64,000 bases of DNA from Eledone cirrhosa (Eukaryota), in assembly GCA_964016885.1 (NCBI GenBank), contig OZ024747.1:41106001-41170000 (forward strand), in the 5' to 3' direction. Below, one piece after another: positions 26,478 to 37,262 of the stretch (positions within the stretch are counted from its first letter, which is position 1; each line of letters starts with the position of its first letter). The notes below the pieces were generated by a model that did no database searches, had not been told where the DNA came from, and worked only from the letters and a program-made list of their open reading frames with translations. Both the position numbers and the translations under genes were made by a program.

Positions 26478-26679
26478 TATATATATATAAAGTTACATTT
26501 TAAACTTAGCTCCGTTTAAATGATTGGTTTTTCTAATTATTTCTACAGACTAACGGCAAGAAAAATTGAATATATTTTGTCTGACTGTTCTTCAAACATA
26601 TAATTGTATTTATATATATATAGTTTAATAAATAGAGAACAAAAAAAAACGAAGAGGCAGTACAAATGATATTAGTATT

Positions 26680-27775
26680 AGAGGGGAGGGGGCGAGGGTC
26701 CGAATGGGGAGGGATGAAGGTGGTGTTTGTGTATGTGTATAGGTGTACGTGTGTGTGTGTGTGTGAATGTGAGAGTTGGGGGAAGAACGAGGTTACATGT
26801 TCAGGTAAAAGGGAAACCGGTGTGAACATGCGGTGGGGTGTAAGTCGGTGTGTGCGTGCGTGTGGATGGAGAGGGGTCAGAGGGGTGGAGGAGAGGGGGC
26901 GTGTGGAGTCCGGAGGCTGAGTATGTGTATGTGGGGATACGCACGTGTGTGTTTGTGTTTATATGTGGTGTGGATGTAGGTGGCGGGGTTAGAAAATAAT
27001 GTAAGTGTGTGTTCGTGGGTATGTTCCTAAGATATTTCCATGGAGTGTGAGACAAGATGTTGGAGATTCCACGTGTCATAGGATGGATAGCTGGAACGAT
27101 GACCGGTGGTGTGAAATCCTGGTGCGGTAGTGCGGAAGTGGAGAGATGTGGGGCGCGCAACAGGAAGTGGTCAGAGTGTCAAGGCAGGGTGAAGAGATAG
27201 CAGTAGAGGAGGATGACAGGTAAAGAAAGGATCTGTGTGGTGTGGACTGTGTGTCTGTGTGTGCGGAGGTGCAATGGACAGGGGAGAGGAGGGGTAGGTG
27301 TGAAAGGTGGAAGGAGAAGGTGGTGGTGCGGGGGGCTGGTGTCTATATTAGTGGATGTGTTAGTGGGATGTGTGTGTGTGATGGGATGTAGGTGGAGCGG
27401 GAAGAGAAAGAGGGAGAGAAAAGGTGTTGGGGCGGTGGAGGGAGTGTAGTGAACTGGTGTGTGTGTGTGTGGTAGAGAGGGTGTTAGTATTACTGGTGGT
27501 GGGGAAGGGGTTGAATGCTGCTGTGTAAGTGGGGTTAGTGGTGGTTGGGTGTGTGGAGCGGGTGGTGTATCGGTGTGTACGTGGGTGTGGGTGGGTGTAT
27601 GTGTGATGGTGTGTGTTCGTGTGTGTGGGTGAGGGGGAAGGTGGGTTGGGGGGATGTTAGTAATATTAGTTGTGGGGTGGACCAAGGGAGTGGGGGCGGT
27701 GAAACTGAGGAGTGTGTTAGCGGTGTTAGTGGGGGATGTGTGGGTGGGGAGGTGGGCGGTCGAAGACTAAAGGAC
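26680..27775. repeat. G/T-rich low-complexity region, possibly with decayed Penelope linker pieces on the minus strand
   Basis: GT-rich. The minus-strand peptide IVPAIHPMTRGISNILSHTPWKYL loosely resembles the Penelope LTYHP..I..IL..W linker. Confidence 0.45.
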
Positions 27776-27972
27776 TAGGGGTGGGATGTTCATGCAGGAG
27801 GGTGGGTATGTAGGATGAAGATGGTGTGTTGCTCGACCGTAAGGCGGGTGGCGGGTGTCCCATGGTATTGGATCAGGCCACAGACTGAGGTGGTGGGCGG
27901 AATGTCGAGGGGAACCAAAGTGGTGAGCGATGGGGGAACTCCCGCCGAGACGAATATCGCGGAGGTCCTCCT
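27775..27972 (-). mobile_element. Penelope-like GIY-YIG endonuclease C-terminal fragment
   Basis: EDLRDIRLGGSSPIAHHFGSPRHSAHHLS/VCGLIQYHG..TRLTVEQHTIFILHTHPP matches the EHLRDI..PVA.HF..GH..L..R..EQ..IF.L.T..P pattern. Confidence 0.75.
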
Positions 27973-28072
27973 ATATATATATATATATTAGGATTGGTGC
28001 TCTGAAATAGCAATGTATACATGACTGTATGTATAGTATATTTGGCAATATCCCGTATGTTTAATTAAAAAA

Positions 28073-28103
<31 letters not shown>

Positions 28104-28308
28104 AGTATGTACATGTACATACATATATGTATACAGACGTACAGTAGTATGTATATATATATACATACATGCACACATATATATATATGTACGTATGGAT
28201 TCACCGAACATTTATTATAATGCTCGGTGTGTTTGTAAACAAACATCCCGTATTAAGCCGTAGTGTCTAGCAACTATCGTTGCTCGTTTGTTCAACACTG
28301 ACAAAGGA

Positions 28309-28351
28309 ACGCTGTACTAGTTTCAAGCTTATTAGCTATCGTCAGCAACGT
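28309..28351 (-). ncRNA. minimal type I hammerhead ribozyme (family 3)
   Basis: ACGUUG-CUGACGA-U AGCU aaua AGCU U-GAAA-CUA-GUA^CAGCGU; palindromic stem III ACUAGU. Confidence 0.88.
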
Positions 28352-28549
28352 ATACCTTCCTGCCAGATTGTTGAACGTATATACTTACCTTATGCATATT
28401 AACGGCTGAGTAGCCCAATTTGCATATCGAGTGGGTTAATCGGCCGGGTGCACCGAAAACGATAACCCACTCGATATGCAAATTGGGCTACTCAGCCATT
28501 AATATGCATAAGGTAAGTATATACGTTCAACAATCTGACAGGAAGGTAT

Positions 28550-28592
28550 ACGTTGCTGACGATAGCTAATAAGCTTGAAATTAGTACAGCGT
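28550..28592 (+). ncRNA. minimal type I hammerhead ribozyme (family 3)
   Basis: ACGUUG-CUGACGA-U AGCU aaua AGCU U-GAAA-UUA-GUA^CAGCGU. Confidence 0.85.
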
Positions 28593-28978
28593 TCCTTTGT
28601 CAGTGTTGAACAACGAGCAACGATGGTTGCTAGACACTACGGCTTAATACGGGATGTTTGTTTACAAACACACCGAGCATTATAATAAATGTTCGGTGAA
28701 TCCATACGTACATATATATATGTGTGCATGTATGTATATATATATACATACTACTGTACGTCTGTATACATATATGTATGTACGTGTACATATTTATATT
28801 TAAGTAACAGCCGTACTAAGAGTGGGAAATGAAATTTCGTTTCATTTTTTTCCGTTTATATATATATATATATATATATTGAGAAAAAATTTGGTCGTTC
28901 TGACTGCTGCTAGTTATAGCGGTAGCCGATTGACCTCCCCGCCTCCGCCTCTATCTTTACACTCGGCCCTTGAAAAAA

Positions 28979-29233
28979 TTGATTCCATTTCATTTTCTCT
29001 TATCTCGGGAACAATTTTGAATAGCGCCAGTTCGTAATTTGAATTCGGGAATTTTATATTCTTCGAATGAAAAGATCCTTCTGACGAGGGCCTTCCTTTA
29101 CAACGGTTGCCGTATAGACTCCGTTTATTTTTGAGACTTGAAACCGATTCGGTAAAGGTAACTATAGTAAGTAAAGCTAATTTTTTAAAATTTATTTTGA
29201 AACTTTTTCTTATTTGCTAAACCTTGATTATAT
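28979..29233 (+). repeat. pLTR-like repeat, copy 2
   Basis: Aligns to 26041-26295. Confidence 0.85.
29077..29158 (+). ncRNA. type I hammerhead ribozyme (family 2, weaker stem II)
   Basis: CCUU-CUGACGA-GGGCCUU..GAGACUU-GAAA-CCG auu CGG-UA^AAGG. Confidence 0.75.
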
Positions 29234-29253
29234 ATATATATATATGTATAAGC

Positions 29254-29382
29254 ATTCATTTATTATGGCTATTGGTGAGCTTTGTTACTCTAAAGTTTCG
29301 CCTGCGCACTCTCAGGATCACCAGTCTTGTGAGTACGCAGGCGGGACTCCAGAGTAACAAGCCTTACCCATAATAAATGAAT
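29254..29382. repeat. ~130-bp imperfect palindrome
   Basis: ATTCATTTATTATGG...CCATAATAAATGAAT termini with a ~44-bp inner stem. Confidence 0.8.
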
Positions 29383-29437
29383 ATTTAAATTCTACTTCGG
29401 CATATGTTTTCATTCTTATGTCCGTCAATAATTCACG

Positions 29438-29977
29438 TACTCTCAGGTGTTGAATAATCGTCCCCACCCGCTGCTTATTAATTTGTCAGATTTTTTCCAC
29501 CTGCCACCCCCTACTCCCCGGGATTTGATTCCACCCTCACCCTCACACGTTTATTAAATTTTGCTAATCTATCTCCGGCAAAATTTTATTGTGATTCATA
29601 TTGATAAAGAAGCTGGTAAATCTAATAATTATTTTATTTTACATTAAAAAACCATTATATATGACAGAAGAACATTATAAGAAATCCCAAGGGCGGTGGA
29701 TTGGCAGTATCGGTAGAGGGTCGGACGCCATGCTTTGCAGCATAGTTACGTCCCTTTACGGTCTGAGTTCAAATCCTGCACAAGTTAACATTGCCTTTCA
29801 TCCTTACGGGGTCGATAAAATAAAGTACCAGTAATGTACTGGTTAATTGATGGCCTTGTGCCAAAAGTGAAAACAATTATAAGAAATCCCATATTTACGA
29901 ACGTACCCTATACAATTACTGATTTCCCAAGTCCCCCCATTATTGCTACCCCACCTATTATTTGGGACCCGAGAGTA
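29438..29977. mobile_element. possible TA-flanked MITE interrupted by a SINE (29690-29880, +)
   Basis: Imperfect terminal inverted repeats TACTCTCrGGT....AATAAT.G. The SINE inside is full length with A and B boxes. Confidence 0.45.
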
Positions 29978-29984
29978 CCACCAA

Positions 29985-30510
29985 ACATTCTCCTCCTCCC
30001 TATGTCTATCACACAAAACTCCCTTTTAAACCCCCTCTCTGTATCTACTAAAACCAAACTCTACCCCTCTCTATATCTAAGACTAATACACTCTCACTCT
30101 CTATAAATATTACACTTATCATTCCCAATACCCCTCTCTATATTAATTTACACCCCCCCCCCTCTCTATATCTTCTACACGGTACTCTCTTCCATTCCGA
30201 CTCTATCATTTAGCACCAAACTCTCCCCCTCTCTATATCTACTACACGGAACACTCTTGAAATTCCTCTCTTTATATCAATAAACATCAATCTCTCCCCG
30301 CTCTCTATATCTAATATCTAACACACTCTCCCAACCTTCCTCTCTATATGAATTACCACCTAACTCACCCCGCTCTCTATATCTAATATCTAACACACTC
30401 TCCCAACCTTCCTCTCTATATGAATTACCACCTAACTCACCCCCCCCCCTCCCTATATCTAATATCTAACACACTCTCCCAACCTTCCTCTCTATATGAA
30501 TTACCACCTA
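29985..30510. repeat. C/T-rich minisatellite, including ~70-bp unit x3 (30297-30510)
   Basis: Repeated ctctctatatctaatatctaacacactctcccaaccttcc... Confidence 0.85.
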
Positions 30511-31061
30511 CTACTGTCGCGGGTGGGACCAATCCGGTTGACCACCGAGAACACTGTCACGATCAAACCGCCTCCCCCTTTCAAAAACGAAGGAGAGGCG
30601 GTTTTCCTCTGTGTGATAGCTATGGCGAAAGAAGTTGTATGGTGGACAAGGTTGAAAGGGCTGAGGTCAGACACCTTTCTCTCCGGCCAACAACTGGTCT
30701 TTTTTTTCAAGTACCACTTTAGAAGAAGGATCAGAATGGAGAGAGAGGTGCTCTACCCCAGCAAGTTTTATGAAAGGTGGGTGAAAGTAGCGAGAATGGC
30801 CCGAGTGAATGGGCCTTCTCTCTATATCAGCCTGTATGTGAGAGAGGAAGGAAGCACCCGCTCTTTGTGCTCCTGAAGAGGAGGGTTGCACATTTTTTCG
30901 GGCGTGCGTGCGACCCATGTCAATGCCCCTCCCTATTGAGGACATCGATTGTTAAATTTAATTTGTTATATGTTTTTTACACGTCTTTTTAAATGTATGT
31001 AAACTCCCCCCTTTGTATTTGTCCCAATCTTTGATGCCCTGGTGGCAAATAAATAGAAATT
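30511..31061 (+). mobile_element. Tx1 family A 3' fragment with 18-bp target-site duplication
   Basis: ORF2 end ..RWVKVARMARVNGPSLY. TSD tatat(g/c)aattaccaccta at 30493-30510 and 31062-31079. Confidence 0.9.
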
Positions 31062-31256
31062 TATATCAATTACCACCTAACTCTCCCCCTCTCTATATCT
31101 ATATCTATCTCTCCCATCTGTTTCTACATAAATTGTAGCTCATATACAAACAGATGTGTGTTTTGGAAGTTTGGGGAGAAAAAATATAATTATTGGGGGT
31201 AGGGGCTTGGCCTCCCTGCCCCTCCACTAATTCCACCGCCCCTGATGTATATATAA

Positions 31257-31319
<63 letters not shown>

Positions 31320-31562
31320 CGTGCGTATATATAGATCCCGATGAGCTGGTCTGAGAATATTATCATTTAATCTGGCGAAACATATATTGATCAATTAAAT
31401 GTACAATTACCAGCTCTGTGAATTATATAACAATGCAGTGAGTAGACTGTAAGCATTGTATCAACTCCAGATGCTCTACATCCTTCGCACCACAGATTAT
31501 CGACTCGCTTTCAGCTTAAACATCACTTTGCCAAACGTACAGTTGTTTCCTCAACTTGTCAG

Positions 31563-31611
<49 letters not shown>

Positions 31612-31765
31612 GGAGGGTCATATTGTTATACTATTGCCAGAAATAATAATAGAACACACTCACTGTTTGGTTTAGATTGGTTTTCGCTTCTGTATCTTTT
31701 ATATCTCCATAGTTAATTTATTTGGCAATCAATGTTTATCATTGATTGAACAACGGTTAAAAATA

Positions 31766-31808
<43 letters not shown>

Positions 31809-31813
<5 letters not shown>

Positions 31814-31858
31814 ATCAAACTTCTTTCGTCACACATCTGTGACATCATCAGCGGCACT
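31809..31858 (-). ncRNA. degenerate hammerhead downstream of Penelope-like ORF
   Basis: CUGAUGA-U-GUCACA gaug UGUGAC-GAAA is intact; stems I and III are decayed. Confidence 0.55.
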
Positions 31859-32094
31859 ATTATGTTTCCTTCCGTTGTATTGTAATGTCTACGCCATTTT
31901 GATTTAATTAATTTATTTATTTATTCTTGTCTCTGTTTGCGCATGTCTTTGTGTGTGTATTTTCTGTTTGGTGTGTATTTGTATTCTATCTTTGTTCACT
32001 AGTGTGTGTTTATGTGTGTTTGTTGTTATTGTACTTGTGTATGTTTATTTATTTACCTTAGGTCAGTATTATGGGTTTGGGTATGGTTGTTGTT

Positions 32095-32965
32095 GTTATT
32101 CCATTCATTATTTTCTGTTCAACTTCGGTCTTCTTAGTTCTATTTCAGTAGATTCTCTGATTTGTCTAACTGTTGAGTCATTTCTATGTTTGGACATTAT
32201 TTTAATTTCTATGTTGTCTATATTACTGTCATGTCTTTATCTGCCGTGTTCATATAGTACCGAACCGTCTTTTTGTCCTTTTAGTTCCCCCCGTCTTGGT
32301 CTATTCTCTCTCCTATGCTTCGAGCTGTCTCACCTATGTATGTCGTTGTCATGTTTCTGCAAACACCTTACATACTTATTATGCTATAGACTACATTTCT
32401 AGTTTTACAATTTATCTGGGGGTTTACTTTACATATAACACATTTCTTATTCGATAATGAGTTTTCTTAAAGGGCTATGTTTTGCTGATCAGGGATTTTA
32501 TGGTAGTTCCTGGCTTTTCTACCATTTTATTCTTTAGATACGTCTTTCTTAGGGCCTTTCTACATTGCTTAGCTAATTTTCCGCCAGGAGTAGCATCCAC
32601 GAACATGACACTCTGGTATCTCTGGTTGTCGTACCATGAAGTGGCGTTCCTTATCTTATGTTTAGTCCTATCTAAGCTATTCCGTGATTTGCTCTTGTAT
32701 AATGGGCAAATTCCTTTCATGTCCAGTTCTATGACGGTCTTATATTTCTCCGTGGATCCTTTGTATACTCTGATTCTGTCTCTTTGGTGGTAGCCAGAGA
32801 ACTGCATGCGATTGATGAAGTGTTGGATGTGTCTTTCCATTTCACTTGGGTCGCACATGCGGGACACATTCTTCATCACTCTTACCAAGCCTGCGATCAG
32901 AATATTAAACTTAGCACTACTGGACATTGCTGAGTTTTTGAGTATCAGGTATTTGGAGAATCTAG
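32095..32965 (-). mobile_element. Penelope-like element (Naiad-type) RT thumb/linker plus GIY-YIG remnant
   Basis: SGY..SWY..VMFVDATPGGKLAKQ..VEKPGTTIKSLI, then NCKTRNVVY..YIGETARSIGER..SVLYEH..RQIRES..LNRK*EW. Confidence 0.85.
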
Positions 32966-33712
32966 AAGACAGAAACCCGCACTATAATCTATTCTAAACT
33001 AAACCTCTTAAATAGAAAATCAGAAATTTTTTCCATGTGCCAACACTACCACCGACACTCTTTCCACAACTTTAAACCTAGATGCTAGTATATAACAATG
33101 TCAGATCTGGATTCCTCCCCACCATTAACATTTCACCTCTAGATTTTATCAGCATATAATTACCCCCACAGCATCACAATCTATGATCAGCTCATTCCTC
33201 AAATATATATTTATCTCAAATCTTATACTCTACTATAACTATTAGGAATAAAGATAAAGTTACCACCATTTAATATAACTACTATAGCTTACTTATATTT
33301 TATTCAGTAATGGGTAGATAGTAATATAATGAGACCTTTAATGTATTATAGGAATATAGACTGTATTTAAAATTAGATATATAAATAAATAGCATTATAT
33401 AAAAGGGATTCACTTATAACACAATATATTGTATATTAGCACATGGAATCTAACTAATTGGATCTGTAAACAACTATACATTTGTTTCTATTATATACAA
33501 ATTAATCGCTAATTACCTCCCCTTTCACATTAGCTCCCCTTAATATAGATCTCTAATCCACTTCCTGAAATTAACCCGTTAGACTGATCACTCTAGAACA
33601 ACTCGAACCCTGGATAAGATTGTAATAAGACCAATATACAATCCATAGTTGTAACTACTTATAAACATTCACTAAAATATAACCAATGTAATGGAAAAGA
33701 AAACCTTAATAT

Positions 33713-33900
33713 CAATGTTTCTACTTTTGGCACAAGGCCAGCAATTATCCAGTGCATTACTGGTACTTTATTTTATCGACCCCGTAAGGATGAAAGGCAA
33801 AGTTAACCTCGGCGGGATTTGAACTCAGAATGGCAAGGACCGTAACTCTATGCGTCAAAGCATGGCGTCCGACCCTCTACCGATACTGCCAATCCACCAA
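33713..33900 (-). mobile_element. SINE, full length
   Basis: Same family as 888-1050. Confidence 0.9.
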
Positions 33901-34602
33901 TACATGCACATTTGAACATTACAGGAACAATTATCACACTACATCCACCATAAACTTCATAGAAACTACTTTTAATACACAAACATCTCTGTCTGCTTAA
34001 TATGCTTTTAAATCTGTATTGTATTATGTGATACCCTTGCCACACTGTAATATATATGCCTAGTACCATTGCTTGTTTCCTACCTAGCTATTCTGTACAT
34101 ACCTAACACATTCGCACTCTCTATACGCTTGCATATGTACTGCTAATGTCCTCTTTTGCGAGTAACTTTCTGCGTTAATTCCTATATAATTGTTATATTA
34201 TTGTTTTGTAATCTTTGTCGCATCCACTGTTACTGACCTCAACATCTCGACTCTGTAAATGTGACACTGTTGATGACAACATTAATATCTATGTATCTTT
34301 ATGGTTGTTCTGTAGAATAGGACGTTAATTATATGTCTAAACATAGTGCTCCGATGAAACGAAATTTTGGAAGAAACGATTGTCACCAATAAAATGTTTT
34401 GAACATTTGAACATAGTTTTGAATATTCTGTAATTTATATTCCTGCTCTGTAAAAAACATCTGATGTAATTACATTGACCTATTTTTCTTACTGGTAATA
34501 AGGTAGTAATGAATTACTGACCTTTCCTGTTTATAATTACATATAGTGTATATATAAGTATAAATATTATTATTATTATATATATGTACATATATATATA
34601 TA

Positions 34603-34705
<103 letters not shown>

Positions 34706-34889
34706 GTACATATATATATATATATGTACATATATATAAATATATACATATATATATGTACATATATATATATACATATATATATATGTACATATATATA
34801 TATATATGTATATATATGTACATATATATATGTACAAATATATATATATATATGTACATATATACATACATATATATATATGTACGTAC

Positions 34890-34974
<85 letters not shown>

Positions 34975-35023
34975 GTTATTATTATTATATATAGGCAGCC
35001 ATCATATATATATATATATATAT

Positions 35024-36889
35024 ATGATGGCTGCCCCCTCGTTATCGAGTATGGCCATTGCACGAGAAAAAATATATATATATATATTAATAACAATAAT
35101 AATAATAATAACAACAATAATAATAACGACAACAACAACAATAATAATATACATATATATACATATCTATACACACACACGATAGCAACTAACAGCGCTG
35201 CGATCGAATGTGGCTTTTTAGCCCAGCCAATGATCTAAAATGTCTTGCACAGAGTCGGCAACCAAAACATTCACTGGGAATAGCCGGCTGTGGTTGGAGT
35301 TCATGTACTTTTGCATGTCGTTTGAACCCTCCTGCTGATTTAAATTCTCTACCACATGCTTGACAAGCATGATGAGTAGCATCTCCAACAGCAGCCTGGT
35401 AGTCAACCACTGGTCTTACTTTATGACTGCGAAGATGACTTTCGAGTCCAGCTTTGTTTAGGCAGAGTCTCGCACATACGCTGCATGTCAGCACCATAGG
35501 AGGACCCTCGCCGTCTGGAAGTGCAACAGCAATGCCCTTCCTCACATCCCGCTTTAATTTCTCGTATGCGATTCGAGATGCCTCAAAGGCAACTTTTCCC
35601 TCATATACAGTCTTTCTCAATTTATTACGATCAGCAGCAATATTTCGCCATGTATCAGCAGAGATGTTAGCGTCTTTCAAAGAGGCTTTCAAGGAATCCT
35701 TATACCTCTTTTTTGGTTTATGTGGCAGCCGTTTTCCTTTAACTAACTCTCCATAAAAGAGTTGTTTTGGTATTCTAGAATCCTTCATCCTGGAAAGGTG
35801 ACCACTCCAACGGAGTCGTTGCTTAAGCACAAGAGCTTCTATACTGTCACACATAGAGCTTTCCAAAATATCGACATCACTGATGTGGTCCCTCCAGTGA
35901 ACGCCATGGATCCGTCTGAGACACATCTGATGGAAACGCTCCAATTGCTTAAGGTGGTGTCGATATGTGACCCAGGTCTCGCAGGCATAAAGAAGAGAAG
36001 AGAACACACATGCCTTGTACACCTTTACCTTTGTCTTCTTGCATATGTCTCGCCGACCCCAGAGTCGCCTTTCTAGCTTTCCGAAAGCATCACTTGCTTT
36101 CCTAATCCTAAGTGAGATTTCACTATCAAGGTTGCTGTATCGATTGACAGTGCTTCCCAGGTAGACAAACTGATCAACCACTCCAAGTCGTTTACCATAC
36201 ACATAGATATTTGGTTCACTGTACTGCTTACCAGAGGCAGGTTGGTACATGACGACGGTTTTCTTGAGACTGACAGTCAATCCTAGGGCAGTGCAAGCGT
36301 CAGAAAATGCATTCAAAATGTGCTGCATATCACTCTCTGTGTGCGCTACAAGATCGCAATCATCTGCATACAAGAGGTCTCTTATGATTGATGTAAATAC
36401 TTTTGTCTTTGCAGCAAAGCGCCTGATGTTAAATATGCTGCCTGCGGTTCGATATCGGATATAAACACCATGCTCGCAATTCCTGAATGCAATACAGAAA
36501 ACCATTGCAAAGTATATGGCAAACAGGGTCGGTGCTGGAATATCCCCCTGTTTCACTCCATTTTTTACTGAGATAGGCTCCGACATGTTACCTCCGACAT
36601 TAACCCAAGCATTCATGTCGTCATGGAAATACCTAACTAAAGCAAGGAACTTATCAGGGCAACCAAGTTTCTGGAGAACCTTCCATAATGCATTTCTGTT
36701 AACAGTATCGAAAGCTTTTGTCAGATCGACAAAAACCTGATACAGATCCAAAGATTGTTCCGTGCACTTCTCCTGGAACTGTCTAGCTGAGAAGATCATA
36801 TCCGTAGTGCCGCGTCCAGCACAAAAACCAGATTGACTTTCAGGAAGAACACAGTCTGTAATGATTGTCAGCAGACGGTCCAGAAGCAC
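35024..36889 (-). mobile_element. RTE-clade (BovB-like) LINE, 5' truncated; RT plus three C-terminal C2H2-type fingers (ORF 35189-36889)
   Basis: PESQSGF, FVDLTKAFDTV, GVKQG, LYADD and LRWSGH, then three CxxC..L..H fingers. 3' hairpin ctcgataacgag, then (TA)n. Confidence 0.93.
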
Positions 36890-37130
36890 CCTATAAAAGC
36901 TTCACGGCACAGGCATTGCTTTATATCTGGAGATCTCTGCACTTGTCGTTAGATGGTACCATGGGCCCAGCACTATGTGACAATAATTGTCACAAGTGTA
37001 GTGTATGTATCAGAATGTTCAAGTCGCTGGCCGGACTAAAAAGTCACACTTGTTCAGCGCATTGGTAGGGGTTCTCCTACATGGATATAAAGTAGTGGCC
37101 GTACTCGAAAACGAGTTGGCAGCCACCATG
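36890..37130 (+). mobile_element. 3' end of a related RTE in the opposite orientation
   Basis: [17 protein letters not shown] finger. 3' end ggccgtactcgaaaacgagttggcagccacc, then (TA)n. Confidence 0.8.
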
Positions 37131-37161
<31 letters not shown>

Positions 37162-37262
37162 ATTCATGTGTGTATGTATGTGGATGTGTTTGGTGTTATA
37201 TATTAAACATAAATTAAGCGAAGAACTGAATTATTGTTTGTAGCTTCAAAATATATTATTGA

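Larger units (their letters stand above)
28099..28799. mobile_element. near-perfect ~700-bp palindrome (arms 28099-28442 / 28460-28799) with one minimal hammerhead per arm
   Basis: Arms are reverse complements with few mismatches around a 17-nt loop. Confidence 0.9.

Noticed and set aside
29690-29780. tRNA genes suggested by A and B boxes
   Set aside because: No complete cloverleaf, and always joined to the SINE core and tail.
34345-34390. CCGATGA..GAAACGATTGTC hammerhead-like core
   Set aside because: Stems I and II do not pair convincingly.
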